From: Mobula hypostoma
Taxonomy: Eukaryota
Direction of reading: 5' to 3'
DNA: 64,000 bases
Assembly (NCBI RefSeq): GCF_963921235.1
Contig: NC_086097.1
Location: 59,584,001-59,648,000, forward strand
Position 1 is the first letter of the stretch, and every line of letters begins with the position of its first letter. Both the position numbers and the translations under genes were made by a program. Positions 36,878 through 49,384 of this stretch are shown piece after piece. The notes under the pieces were generated by a model. The model saw nothing but the letters and a program-made list of their open reading frames with translations, was not told the origin of the DNA and did no database searches.

Positions 36878-38160
36878 AAAATCACTAAGCAACTACCATC
36901 AACAGATCACTTGAAATACTACAGGAAACAACACACTAGACCATTGCTACACCACCATCAAGAATGCCTACCGTACTATTCCACGCCCTCACTTTGGGAA
37001 GTCTGATCATCTGGTTGTATTTCTACACCCTGACTATAATCAGAGACTGAAGACTGCAGCACTGGCAGTGAGGACCAAGAAGGTTTGGACAAGGGAAGCA
37101 CAGGAGCGACTACAGGACTGCTTTGAATCAGTGGACAGGACTGTATTCAGGAAATTATCTTCGAATCTGAATGAGTATGCTGCAGTTGTTACTGACTTCA
37201 TTAAAACCTGTGTGGATGAATGTGTGCCCACAAAAATTGTGCTGTACATTCCAACATCAAATGCCATGGATGAACCAGGAGGTATATTGTTTGCTGCAGG
37301 CTAGGTCTGTGGCATTCAAGGCTGGTGATACAGGTCGGTACCAGAAAACCAGGTATGATTTGTAGAGGGATATTTCAAGGGCGAAGAGACAATTTTGAAT
37401 GAGGTTGGAGGTGACATTGGATGTACGACAACTTTTGCGGGGTTTGCAGTATATTACCTCCTACAAAGCGAAACCCAATAGCATGAATGGCGGCAATGCT
37501 TCACTACCAGATGAACTCATTGCCTTCTATAACTGCTTTGAAAGGGAAAATATAACTACAGCTGTGAAGATTCATGCTGCACACGGTGACTGTGATTTCT
37601 GTCTTGGAGGCCGATGTAGGCTGTCTTTCAAGATGGTGAACCCTGGCAAGGTGGAAGGTCCCAACAGAAGACCTGGTAAGGCTCTGAAAACTTTTGCCAA
37701 ACCACTGGTGGGAGTTTTCAAGGACATTTTCAAACTCTCACTGCTATGGGAGGAAGTTCCCACTTGCTTCAAAAAAGCAACAATTATATCAGTGACTAAG
37801 AAGAATAATGTGAGCTGCCTTAATGACTATCACCCGGAAGCACTCACATCTACAGTGGTGAAATGCTTTGAGAGGTTGGTCATGACTAGACTGAACTCCT
37901 GCCTCAGCAAGGACCTGGACTCATTGCACTTTGCCTATCGTCACAATAGGTCAATGGCAGATGCAATCTCAATGTCTCTTCACACAACCTAAGATCACCT
38001 GGACAATACCAACACCCATGTCAGGATGCAGTTCATCGACCATAGCTCAGCATTTAACACCATCATTCCCACAATCATGATTGAGAAGTTACAGAACCTG
38101 GGCCTCTGTAGCTCCCTTTGCAATTGGATTCTCAACTTCCTAACCGGAAGACCATAATGT
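36878..38160 (+). mobile_element. Rex1/Babar LINE, 5' part (end of endonuclease and first half of RT)
   Basis: TLDHCYTTIKNAY, FGKSDH, LQDCFESVD, CLNDYHPEALTSTVVKCFERLV, FAYRHNRS and SSAFNTI. Breaks off at LTGRP. Confidence 0.9.
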
Positions 38161-41100
38161 AACCATAGAACCATAGAACACTACAGCACAGAGAACAGGC
38201 CATTTGGCCCTTTTAGTCTGTGCCGAATCTTTATTCCGCTAGTCCCTTGACCTGCATCCAGTCCATAAACCCTCCAGACCTCTCCCATCCATGTATTTAT
38301 CCAATTTATTCTTAAAACTTAAGAGTGAGCCCACATTTTCCACGTTAGATAGCAGCTCATTCCACACTCCCACCACTCTCTAAGTGAAGAAGTTCCCCCT
38401 AATGTTCCTCCTAAACCTTTCCCCTTTCACCCTAAAGCCATGTCCTCTCATATTTATCTCTCCTAATCTAAGTGGAGAGAGCCTACTTGCATTTACTCTG
38501 TCTATACCCCTCATAATTTTGTAGATCTCTATCAAATCTCCCCTCATTCTTCTACACTCCAAGGAATGAAGTCCTACCCTGTTCAATCTTTCCCTGTAAC
38601 TCAACTCCTGAAGACCCGGCAACATCCTAGTAAATCTTCTCTGCACTCTTTCAATCTTACTGATCTCTTTCCTATAGTTAGGTGACCAGAACTGCACACA
38701 ATACTCCAAATTTGGCCTCACCAATGTCTTATACAACCTCACCATAACATCCCAACTCCTATACTCAATACTTCGATTTATGAATGCCAGGATGCCAAAA
38801 GCCTTCTTTACAACCCTGTCTACCTGTGACAGCACTTTCAGGGAATTATGTATCTGAGCTCTCAGATCCCTTTGTTTCTCCGCACTCCTCAGTGCCCTAC
38901 CATTTACTGTGTATGTCCTACCTTGACGTCCTTCCAAAATGCAAGACCTCACACTTGTCTACATTAAATTCCATCTGCCATTTTCTGGCCCATTTTTCCA
39001 GTTGGTCCAGATCCCTCTGCAAGCTTTGAAAGCCTTCCTCGCTGTCCACAACGCCTCCAATCTTAATGTCATCAGCAAACTTGCTGATCCAATTTACCAT
39101 ATTATCATCTAGATCATTGATATAGACAACTAACAACAATGGTCCCAGCACAGATCCCTGAGGCACACCACTAGTCACAGGCCTCCAGTCTGAGAAGCAA
39201 TCATCCACTACCACACTCTGTCTTCTCCCACACAGCTAATTTCGAATCCAGTTTACAACCTCTCCATGGATACCTAGTGTCTGAACCTTCTGAACTAACC
39301 TCCCATGTGGGACTTCGTCAAATGCCTTACTGAAGTCCATGTGGACAACATCCACAGCCTTTCCTTCATCTACTTTCTTGGAAACCTCCTCGAAAAACTC
39401 TACAAGATTGGTTAAACACGATCTACCACGCACAAAGCCACACTGACTATCCTTAATCAGCCATTGGCTGTCCAAATACTTGTATATCCAATCTCTCAGA
39501 ACACCTTCCGATAATTTACCTACTACTGATACCAGGCTCACCAGCCTATAATTACCTGGTTTACTTTTGAAACCTTTTTCAAACAATGGAAAAACATGAG
39601 CTACTCTCCAATCCTCTGACACCGCACCCGTGGCTAAAGACATTTGAAATATTTCTGCCAGCGGCCCTGCAATTTCTACACTAGTCTCTCTCAAGGTCCG
39701 AGGAAATATCATGTCAGGCCCAGGGGAGTTATCTACCTTTATTCACTGTAAGGCAGCAAACACCTCCTTCTCTTTAATCTCTATATGTTCCATGACACTA
39801 CTGCTTGTTTCCCTTCCTTCCATATACGCTATGCCAGCTTCTTGAGTAAATACTGATGCAAAAAAACTGTTAAAGATTTCCCCCATCTTGTGAGGCTCCA
39901 CACATGGACAACCACTCTGATCTTCTAGGGGACCAATTTTGTCTTTTACTACCCTTTTATTCTTAATATACTTGTAGAAACCCTTCGGGTTTACCTTTAC
40001 ATTATCTGCCAAAGCAACCTCATGTCTTCTTTTTGCCTTCCTGATTTCCTTCTTTAGTATTTTCTTACATTTTCTATACTCTTCAAGTACCTCATTTATT
40101 CCTTGTTACCTATATCTGCTATATACCTCTCCCTTTTTCTTAACCAGATTGCCAATATCTCTTGAAAACCAAGGTTCCCTATTGCTGTTGACTTTGCCTT
40201 TAATCCTGGCAGGAAGATGCAAACTCTGCACTCTCAAAATTTCACCTTTGAAGGCCTTCCACTTACTGAACACATCCTTGCCGGAAAACAACTTATCCCA
40301 ATCCACTCTTCCTAGATCCTTTCTCATTTCCACAAAATTGGCCCTTCTCCAATTTAGAACCTCAGCTTGAGGACCAGACCTATCCTTATCCATAGTTAAC
40401 TCAAAACTAATGACATTATGGTCACTGGACCCAAAATGTTCGCCGACACATACTTCTGTCACCTGACCTGTCTGGTTCCCTAATAGGAGATCAAGTATTG
40501 CATCCTCTCTCATTGGTACCTCTATATATTGATTTTAAAAACATTCCTGAACACATTTGACAAACTCCAAGCCATCCAGCTCTTTCACAGTGTGGGAGTT
40601 CCAGTCAATATGTGGAAAGTTAAAATCCCCTACTATTACAACTTTCTGTTTCTTACATTGGTCTGCTATCTCTCTACAGATTTGCTCCTCCAATTCTCTC
40701 TGACTATTATTAGTGTGGTCACCCCTTTCCCATTCCTCAGCTCCACCCATATGGCCTCTGTAGACATGCCCTCTGGGCTGTTCTGTCTATGCACAACTGT
40801 GATATTTTCCCTGACTAGTAATGCCACTCCCCCCCCCCTTTTATCCCTCCCCCTCTGTCACCTCTGAAACAATGGAACCCCGGAACATTAAGCTGCCAGT
40901 CCTGCCCCTTCTGCAACCAAGTCTCACTAATAGCAATAATGTCGTAATCCCATGTGCCAATCCACACCATAAACTTATCTGCCTTACCTACAATACACCT
41001 TGCATTGAAATAGATGCACCTGAGAACATTTCTATCACATACAAACCTTTGATTTCTGTCTGTACATGCAGTCCTCGCATGTCTTTGTCCTCCTCCACTT

Positions 41101-42525
41101 CACTATCTGCTCTAACACTCTGGTTCCCCTCCCCCTGCAAATCTAGTTTAAACCCCCCGGAGCAGCACTAGCAAACCTACCCGCAAGAACATTAGTGCCC
41201 CTCCAGTTCAGGTGCTAACTATCCCATCGGAACAGGTCCCACCTTCCCTGGAACAAAGCCCAATTGTCCAGAAACATGAAGCCCTCCCTCCTGCACCATC
41301 TCCTTAGCCACGTATTTAGCTGCATTATCTTCCTATTTCTAGCCTCACTAGCACGTGGCACGGATAGCAATCCTGAGTTTGCAACCCTGGAGGTTCTGTC
41401 TTTCAATTTGCACCTAATTCCCTAAGATCTCTTTGCAGGACCTCCTCATTCTTCCTATCCACGTTATTGTTCCTTACATGGACCATGACATCTGGCTGTT
41501 CACCCACCCTCCTGAGAATACTGAGAACTCGATTCGCAATACCGCGGACCCCAGCACCAGAGAGGTAACAGATCATCCGGGATTCTCGATCTCTCCCACA
41601 GAACCTCTTATCTGTCCCCCTAATTATCGAATCCCCTATCACTACTGCTCTCCTCTTTTCCCTCCTTCCTTTCTGAGCTGAGGGTCCAGTCTCGGTGCCA
41701 GAGACATGGCCACTGCAACTTGTCCCTGGTAGGTCGTCCCCACCAACAGTATCCAAAACGGTATACTTATTGTTGATGGGAACATCCACAGGGGTGCTCT
41801 GCTCTTCCTGTCTATTCCCCTTCCCTCTCCTGACAGTCACCCAGCTATCTGCCTCCTGATTCTTAGGGGTGACTGTCTCCTTGAAACTCTTCCCTATTTC
41901 TGCCTCTGCCTCACGAATGATCCAAAGTTCATTCAGCTCCAGCTCCAGTTCCCTAACTCGGTTTGTCAGGAGCTGCAGCTGGATGCACCTTCTACAGGTG
42001 TAGTCATCAGGGACAATTGTGCTGTCCCTGACTTCCCACATACTGCATACAGAGTACTCGACTGCCCTAACTGCTGCCTCCATTACCTATTCCTAAGTTA
42101 CTTATATTTGTTAGAGGAACTTACCCGGCCTTACCTCACTGATAGCAGGCTCATCCTCAGCCTCTGCTCGCTGAAGCCTCTCGAGCCAGCGCCTCAAAGC
42201 TCCACTCCTACCCCGAGCCACTCACACACTGGCCGCTCCTCTTCAGTTACCCCTCCTTTTATTTGTCCCTGCCAATTATCTCAAGTACTCACTCCCTCTA
42301 ATCAACTAATCAGCACTCTGTTTAACCCTTCAGTTGCCCTCCACGCTCCTTTTAAAGCACACTCACCTCAGCTCCTCAGCTGCTTCCCAGAACTCAGCAC
42401 TCTCCCGAGCCCCTCGCTCCTCCTCCTGCTGCGACAGCCCCACGATCACACTGTCCCAAGTCTCCGCTCTGCGCTCCTTTTAATGCACACTCACCTCAGC
42501 TCCTCAGTTGCTTCCCAGCACTCAG
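38161..42525 (-). mobile_element. Near-full-length CR1 LINE (5' UTR, ORF1, ORF2, tail), frameshifted
   Basis: ORF1 41215-42083 has a Cys-rich N-terminus and an esterase domain (VIGDSII). ORF2 fragments include GDFN, LDL, GSSDH, NYRLVSL, DFSKAFD, GVPQGSVLGP and KFADD. (TTCTATGG)n tail at 38161. Confidence 0.95.
41215..42083 (-). pseudogene. CR1 ORF1 (zinc finger remnant plus SGNH esterase)
   Basis: SVCSMW...CRRC, AVVIGDSIIRG, PDVMVHV, NTWLRRWCRREGFMFLDNW...LFRWD. Confidence 0.85.
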
Positions 42526-42532
42526 ATATTAT

Positions 42533-43375
42533 CACCAATCTGTATACATGGTTGATAATATCTCCTCCTCGCTGACAGATCAACACTGGTGCACCTCAGG
42601 GGTGTGTGCTTAGTCCACTGCTCTGCTCTCTCTATACCCATGACTGTGTGGTTAGGCATAGCCCAAATACCATTTATAAATTTGCTGATAATACAACCAT
42701 TGTTGGTAGAATTTCAGATGGAGACGAGAGGGCATATAGGAGAGAGATATGCTAACTGGTGGAGTGGTGTCGCAGCAACATCTATGCACTCAGCCTCGGT
42801 AAGACAGAAGAGCTGATTATGGACCAAGAAGAGTAAGACAAAGGAACACATACCAATCTTCATAGAGGGATCAGAAGTGGAGAGAGTGAACAGTTTCAAG
42901 TTCCTGGGTGTCAAGATCTCTGAGGACCTAAGCTGGTCCCAACATATTGATGCAGCTACAAAGAAGGCAAGACAGTGACTATACTTCATTAGGAGTTTGA
43001 AGAGATTTGGAATGTCAACAAAAACACTCAAAAACTTCTATAGATGTACCTTGGAGAGCATTCTGACAGGCTGCATCACTGTCTGGTATGGGGATCTACT
43101 GCACAGGACCAAAAGAAGCTGCAAAGGGTTGTAAATTTAGTCGCCTCCATTTTGGGTACTAGCCTACAAAGTACCCAGGACACCTTCAACGAGAGGTGTC
43201 TCAGAAAGGCACGATTTTCTGTTTTTGCACGATTTTTAATCTATTCATTATACGTATACAGTAATTGATTGATTATATATTTTTTCTTCTTCTATATTAT
43301 GCATTGCATTGAACTGCTGCTGCTAAGTTAACAAATTTCATGACACATGTTGGTGATAATAAACCTGATTCTGAT
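42533..43375 (+). mobile_element. Rex1/Babar LINE, 3' part (continuation of 36878-38160)
   Basis: Resumes at NTGAPQGCVLSPLL and KFADNTT. Ends with the AATAAACCTGATTCTGAT tail. TCAAA is duplicated at 36873-36877 and 43376-43380. Confidence 0.9.
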
Positions 43376-45246
43376 TCAAATGAATACAGCCAGTCACTTG
43401 AACTATGTCCCCCTGACTGTGATAGTTTCAGCGTACCAAGGCCCAGTGGCCTAGGTGGTGAGCTTACCACTGTGTTCAAAAAACATTTTAGATGCAATCT
43501 ACTGTCTGTCAACTATTTTTCAAGTTTTGTAGTACATGTGTTTAAAATTTGTGATATGGATCTACGTAATCATTTATCATCCTACTAAATCCAAAGCCTG
43601 CAGAATTCTTAGAATGTTTATCTGCTATTATATTGAACTATGACAGGATTGTTATCGCTGGTGATTTCAATATTCATATTAATAAACTCTCAAATGTGAA
43701 CTCTATGGTATCTGAATTTATGAGGTTACAGTTTAGATCTTACCCAGGGTGCCACTGAGCTCATCCTTCAACTTGGAATGCACTTGAATTAGCAATGACA
43801 AGTGTTAAATATTATTAATGTCTGCCTGTCTGATATCACTATCTCTGATCACTTGTGTATAATTTATGATGCTCTCATGTCGTAACCAAGACCACAAAGG
43901 AAATTACTATTAAAAAAATGATGCTGCAACTTCTTGATGCTGCAACACAACTTAAGAGACAGAGAGAGAGAACAATTCCATATTCACAATTTATCCACAA
44001 TGTTTCCTTTGAACTACACCCAAACTTCACACCTCCTTCTTTGCATCCACACCACAGACTCCCAAATAACGAATTTAAATCAGCATGGTCTGGTCTTCCA
44101 CTTAACTGTAGTATCTTCCGATTAACTTGGGTTCATGGTTCTAAGGAACCCACTGTTGAGAGTTGCATTTTAGATTTAATTCACAATGCATATTTGAATC
44201 TGAAGTCAATTGTTGAAGTTATTTGGTATATGTGCTAACAGTTTAACAATCCCCTGCTCTTTTTCCCTTGGGAGACATCTTAGAGAGTAGAAACTTGATT
44301 TCCTCAGTTCTGCAGATGACACATGATTGCATATCTCTGTTGAGCCTGATGATGATAACACCCTATTTTCTCTGACTTCTGGTATGGCTGTAATAAACAA
44401 ATGGATGAGCAATAATTTCCTGAAACTGAATGAAAATAAAACTGAAATACCTTTAGTTGTTTTGAAAGCCAAATAAAACTTGGGATCTTGGCTCCCCTTG
44501 TAATATCAGAAGTAACTGGCCTGGGTGTTATCCTTGATTCAGATTTGAGTTTTAAATTCCAATAAAGAAAGTAACCAGAGCAGTATTTCTACACTTAAGA
44601 AATATTTCAAAGTTATGTTGGTGTCTGTCACGTAATGATGCTAAAAAAACTAATTCATGCCTTTATGTTGAATAGACTAAATTACTGACCTTTCAAAGCA
44701 ATCTATCGACAAACTTCAAATCATTCCGAATGTCGCTGCGAGAATCTTAAAACCAGGATGTGGAAGCATATCACTCTTGTCCTAGCTATACTGTATATGC
44801 TTCCTGTATCTTTTGGAATTGATTTTAATGTTCTATTACTTGTTCTTAAAACTCTTAAAGGCCTGGGATTGGAGAACATCACAGAATCATTTTTGATTTA
44901 TAACCCTGCCCAATCTCTCAGGTCTTCTTCTGCCAATCTCTTAAATTTAAAAAATCTCCCTCAAAAGATAACTGAGAGGGGAGTTTCTTTGAAAAGTGTT
45001 CCTAAACAGTGGAATTCAACACCTAAAACTATAAGGAATGCAGTCTCAGTTGACACATTTAAATGCCAGCTCAAAACCTATTTATTTAACTTTGCTTTTT
45101 ACTAACATCATTTTATCTTTTGTGTTCATGCTTATTTTTATTTGTTTTTAATTTTATTTTCATATTTGCACTTTTATCCCACTGTAAAGCACTTTGAATG
45201 ACATTGTCTGTAAGAAGAGTGCTCTATAAATGAAGTTATTATTATT
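43376..45246 (+). mobile_element. L2 LINE segment 4: rest of ORF2 (internally deleted) and 3' end
   Basis: NEYSQ.LELCPP...PRPSG.GG, IAGDFNIH, SDH, ADDT, WMSNNFLKLNENKTE, HITLVL..L..LPV and FKCQLKTYLF. L2-type end GTAAAGCACTTTG...GTGCTCTATAAATGAAG(TTA)n. Confidence 0.85.
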
Positions 45247-47372
45247 GTATTTTCCACAGCTCTCTTGTGCAGAGAATGCCAAGGATCACTGCTCACTAGG
45301 TATGGAAACGTTTTCTCACCTCATTCCTTATTGCCTGGCTCCTTGTTTTAAGACGGTGAATCCTGGTTATGGAGACTGCCATGAGCTCCATGCCTGCAGA
45401 CCTTTCCGCTCTTTCACACCGCAGTGCATAGGTGTGGAAGGCCAGAAGGTGCGGACACTGCAGCTGGCTGATGATTCCCTACTAAACCACAGACCTGCCC
45501 TTCAACCCAACCCCACTGTAACCTGAGCCTCAAGTCAAAAGGATGCTGGGGTTGAAGCTCAACTATCGTTCATTTCAGTAATCAATTCATTCAACGAAGA
45601 GGACCTCTTTAGAAATCCAGTTAATCAATGTCATATAACAAGTTTAGCTTGAGGTGACATGAATTACTGTTGGCTTTGCACAAATTGAGAGGTAGATTAC
45701 AGTTAAGAATGTTTACGATCTTGTAAACTCTGTTGCTTGAAAAGGCAGCTAATAACAACTTCAAAATGAAATTGCTTAAAAGGGATTATTGAGCCTGGCA
45801 GTTAAATTGATAAGAGAAAAGACTCCACATTAATTCTGACTGCTTTAGGGAAGGTGTCTTTCAAATGTCAACTCTTATTATTTTTTTCTGCAATAACTGA
45901 CTCAGAAACCTCCCCAAGTCAATTCTTCAAATTGTGTCAGAAACACTTATCTTGAGAGCATAAATATTTACTAATCCAGTAAAAAAATATAATTTTAATT
46001 GATTTTTAGAAGTTGTAAGTCTCTCCAGGAGATTCCTCATGTGCTTCAGCGTACACCAGCATAACTTATAAACAAAATCAATTTTTTTACATGAGACGAG
46101 GACAAAATTTGTGGCAACATATAATTTCAGAACAAAAATTACTGAATGTGTGATGAACCATTTATTCTTCCTCATCATCCTACATGAATCTACCCAGAGG
46201 TAACATTAGACCTGTTTGATGACTGACACAATAATGGAAGATCAAAATATTTATTACACAATGTCTGACATTAAAGATATTTTCTTTTGCCACAATCACT
46301 CAAAATGAGATCTATGTAACTACAGTTATCATTCAATGATATAATAAGTACTATTGTATTTGTCTGCCTGAAGTGCTACTTATCAGTTTCACTGGAATAG
46401 AGGGAGCAAAGATCAATACGTTTGAAGAATGTAGTGATTGGAGCTGAAATACTATTGTTTATTGATTGTCCCTTTGCTTGTACCTCAAGTAAAAACATAA
46501 AATTGAATAAAACATGAGTGAAAAGGCCTACACAATATTTGGCTGCATTCTGGCCATTGTATTGCCCACTCTGCACCAGAATATGTGGAATCCAGATTAG
46601 CCTCCACAGCCACCGAAGGACCCACTGACAGACAACCCCTCCCAAGAACCACTACGCTGCTGGAGCGATCACACTACTACTCCTAATGCTGGTAGAGTAT
46701 TGGAATCAGATCCAAGTTTTTGCCCTGTGTACATACACAATCTGTGCCTAGTGTGGCGTCAGATGCTATGTTGCTGAGAGGGTAAGAACAGGTCTAGCCA
46801 AAGTCCACCAAAAGTATACAGGGGAAGTAGATCATGGCCTCTTTAAGGAAGTCATGATGACTTGACACCAGTGCTGTTTTCATAGAACTTAATGCTTCAG
46901 GTGAACTCTTATCTTCATGTGCATCCTGGAAATGCTTCCCTCTGTATAGAGGATCATGCATCAGTACTATTTAAATAGATCATTCACTATTTAGAGGGAA
47001 GTTATTAGTTGGCTTGATTTGACTGTTGCTATTATTATGTGATAGCTTACAGCTTTCTAAACATTTTTCTGAGGTATGCATGCATCTGTACCACATTGAT
47101 ACGTCATTAGTCAGTACCTTTGGTATAAGGAGGAAAGCAGAGAGAGTTGAAAAAGATGAGACCTTTTACCTGTACTGGATAAATGAGAAAATGCCTAGCA
47201 TGTTGTTAATAATTGACACAACATGCATTATTGATGTGAGCTGGATGGTTGGATCTGTTATTAGGTGTTGCCACTTGCCTTAATCCATAGTATAACAGTT
47301 AGGCAATAGGAAGCTCGAATTAACTATGTGTTTAAATACCATAGTGATTTAACTGGGTTAACTACCAACACA

Positions 47373-47574
47373 CTCAAAATGTAAGAGGAATTCAGTAGGT
47401 CAGGAAACATCTATGGAAATGAATAAACAGTCAACTTTTCGGGCTGAGACCCTACATCAGGACTGGAAAAGTAGTGGGAAGATGCCGGAAGATGTCTGAC
47501 CTGTTGAGTTCCTCGAGCACTTTTTGTGTGTTACTCTTGATTTCCAGCATCTGTAGAATCTCTTGTGTTCATGA
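47373..47574. mobile_element. Penelope-derived mini-element with inverted terminal segments and TSD
   Basis: Inverted pseudo-LTR segments, a degenerate hammerhead at 47429-47464 (minus), and a 15-bp duplication TTAAC(T/C)ACCAACACA at 47358-47372 and 47575-47589. Confidence 0.7.
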
Positions 47575-48455
47575 TTAACCACCAACACAACTTTGAATCG
47601 CTCACCTCTGATTTTAGTCAAGTGCCGCTGAAGCTTTTGGTTCTACGTGGAAAAGGGCGTTCATTGGTGCAGCAAATGTTCAGTGCACAAAGTGCAATTA
47701 AGGAAACTAAATGTACCTACCATTAATATGCTAGTAATTAAGAAATAATTAAAGGCTTATATTTGGCTGCAAAAAGAATAATTCATCACAGAACAATAGG
47801 AATATTTGCACGGGTTCAGAAGAACATAATGAAAATAATAAGTATTGTTGGGACTAACATTGACTTACAGGTAAATTTCAGTCATGTGTGAAGTACAGAT
47901 ACTATCACCAATAGTAATAATAATAATATTATTATCACTATTATATAATATAATAATATTATTATATCGGAGACCTCTTCCCAGAAACAGAAAGGTTCAT
48001 TGTGGTAATACAGGACTAAGTAGTCAACACAAAAACTATCAAAAATACATAATAAAAGACCAACAAATTCAAGATGATAAATGTAAAAAATGCCAAGGAA
48101 AACCAGAAACAATCCAACATATATTACAGGATCCTGTAGCAGTTTAACACAATCTCATTGTTACACAGGCACAATCAAGTGGCAAACACCATTCATCAAA
48201 ATCTTGCTTTAAGATATAAACTCATAAGACAGGCAGACTATTATTCACATGGGGAGAGAATTCAAAATGCAGAGATGCAAAGGGACTTGGGAGTCCTTGT
48301 GCAAGATATCGTAAAGGTTAACCTCCAGGTTGAATCTGTTCTGAAGAAGGTGAATGCAATGTTGGCATTCATTTCTAGAGGTATAGAATATAAGAACAGG
48401 GATGCGATGTTGAAGCTCTATAAGGCACTCGTGAGACCACACTTGGAGAATTTTG

Positions 48456-49384
48456 CAAACACGAGGAAATCTGCAGATGCTGGGATTTCAGGCAACACAT
48501 ATAAAAATTGCTGGTGAATGCAGCAGGCCAGGCAGCATCTCTAGGAAGAAGTACAGTCGACGTTTCGGGCCGAGACCCTTCATCAGGACTAACTGAAAGA
48601 AGAGATAGTAAGAGATTTGAAAGTGGGAGGGGGAGGGGGAGATCTGAAATGATGGGAGAAGACAGGAGGGGGAGGGATGGAGCCAAGAGCTGGACAGGTG
48701 ATTGGCAAAGGGGATATGAGAGGATCATGGGATGGATGGGAGGTCCAGGGAGAAAGAAGGGGGGAGGGGGGAAACCCAGAGGATGGGCAAGGAGTATGAT
48801 GAGAGGGATAGAGGGAGAAAAAGGAGAGAGAGAAAAATAATTATTAATAATAATAAAAGATAAATAAATAACAGATGGGGTACGAAGGGGAGGTGGGGCA
48901 TTAACGGAAGTTAGAGAAGTCAATGTTCATGCCATCAGGTTGGAGGCTACCCAGATGGAATATAAGGTGTTATTCCTCCAACCTGAGTGTGGCTTCATCT
49001 TGACAGTAGAGGAGGCTGTGGATAGACATATCAGAATGGGAATAGGACGTGGAATTAAAATGTGTGGCCACTGGGAGATCCTGCTTTCTCTGGAGGGCAG
49101 AGCGTAGGTGTACAGTGAAATGGTTTCCCAGCCTGCGTTGTGTCTCGCCAATATATAGAAGGCCACATCGGGAGCACAGGACGCAGTATATCACCCCAGC
49201 TGACTCACAGGTGAAGTGTCGCCTCACCTGGAAGGACTGTCTGGGGCCCTGAATGGTGGTAAGGGAGGAAGTGTAAGGGCATGTGTAGCACTTGTTCCGC
49301 TTACAAGGATAAGTGCCAGGAGGGAGATCGGTGGGAAGGGGTGGGGGGGACTAATGGACAAGGGAGTCCTGTAGGGAGCGATCC
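48456..49384 (-). mobile_element. Penelope-like element: GIY-YIG endonuclease region and pseudo-LTR
   Basis: ORF 48970-49227 reads HFTCESAGVIYCVLCSRCGLLYIGETQRRLGNHF. Confidence 0.9.
48555..48590 (-). ncRNA. Minimal hammerhead ribozyme of the Penelope pseudo-LTR
   Basis: Minus strand AGUC-CUGAUGA-A-GGGU(CUCG)GCCC-GAAA-CG-UC-GACU: intact CUGANGA/GAAA core, GUC cleavage triplet, and stems I and II pair. Confidence 0.8.

Noticed and set aside
42108..42575. 155-aa Ser/Pro/Leu-rich ORF
   Set aside because: It is the antisense reading of the purine-rich CR1 5' UTR, and the composition is low-complexity.
48375..48923. 182-aa Pro/Leu-rich ORF
   Set aside because: It is a chance frame across the pyrimidine-rich Penelope pseudo-LTR and flanking CR1.
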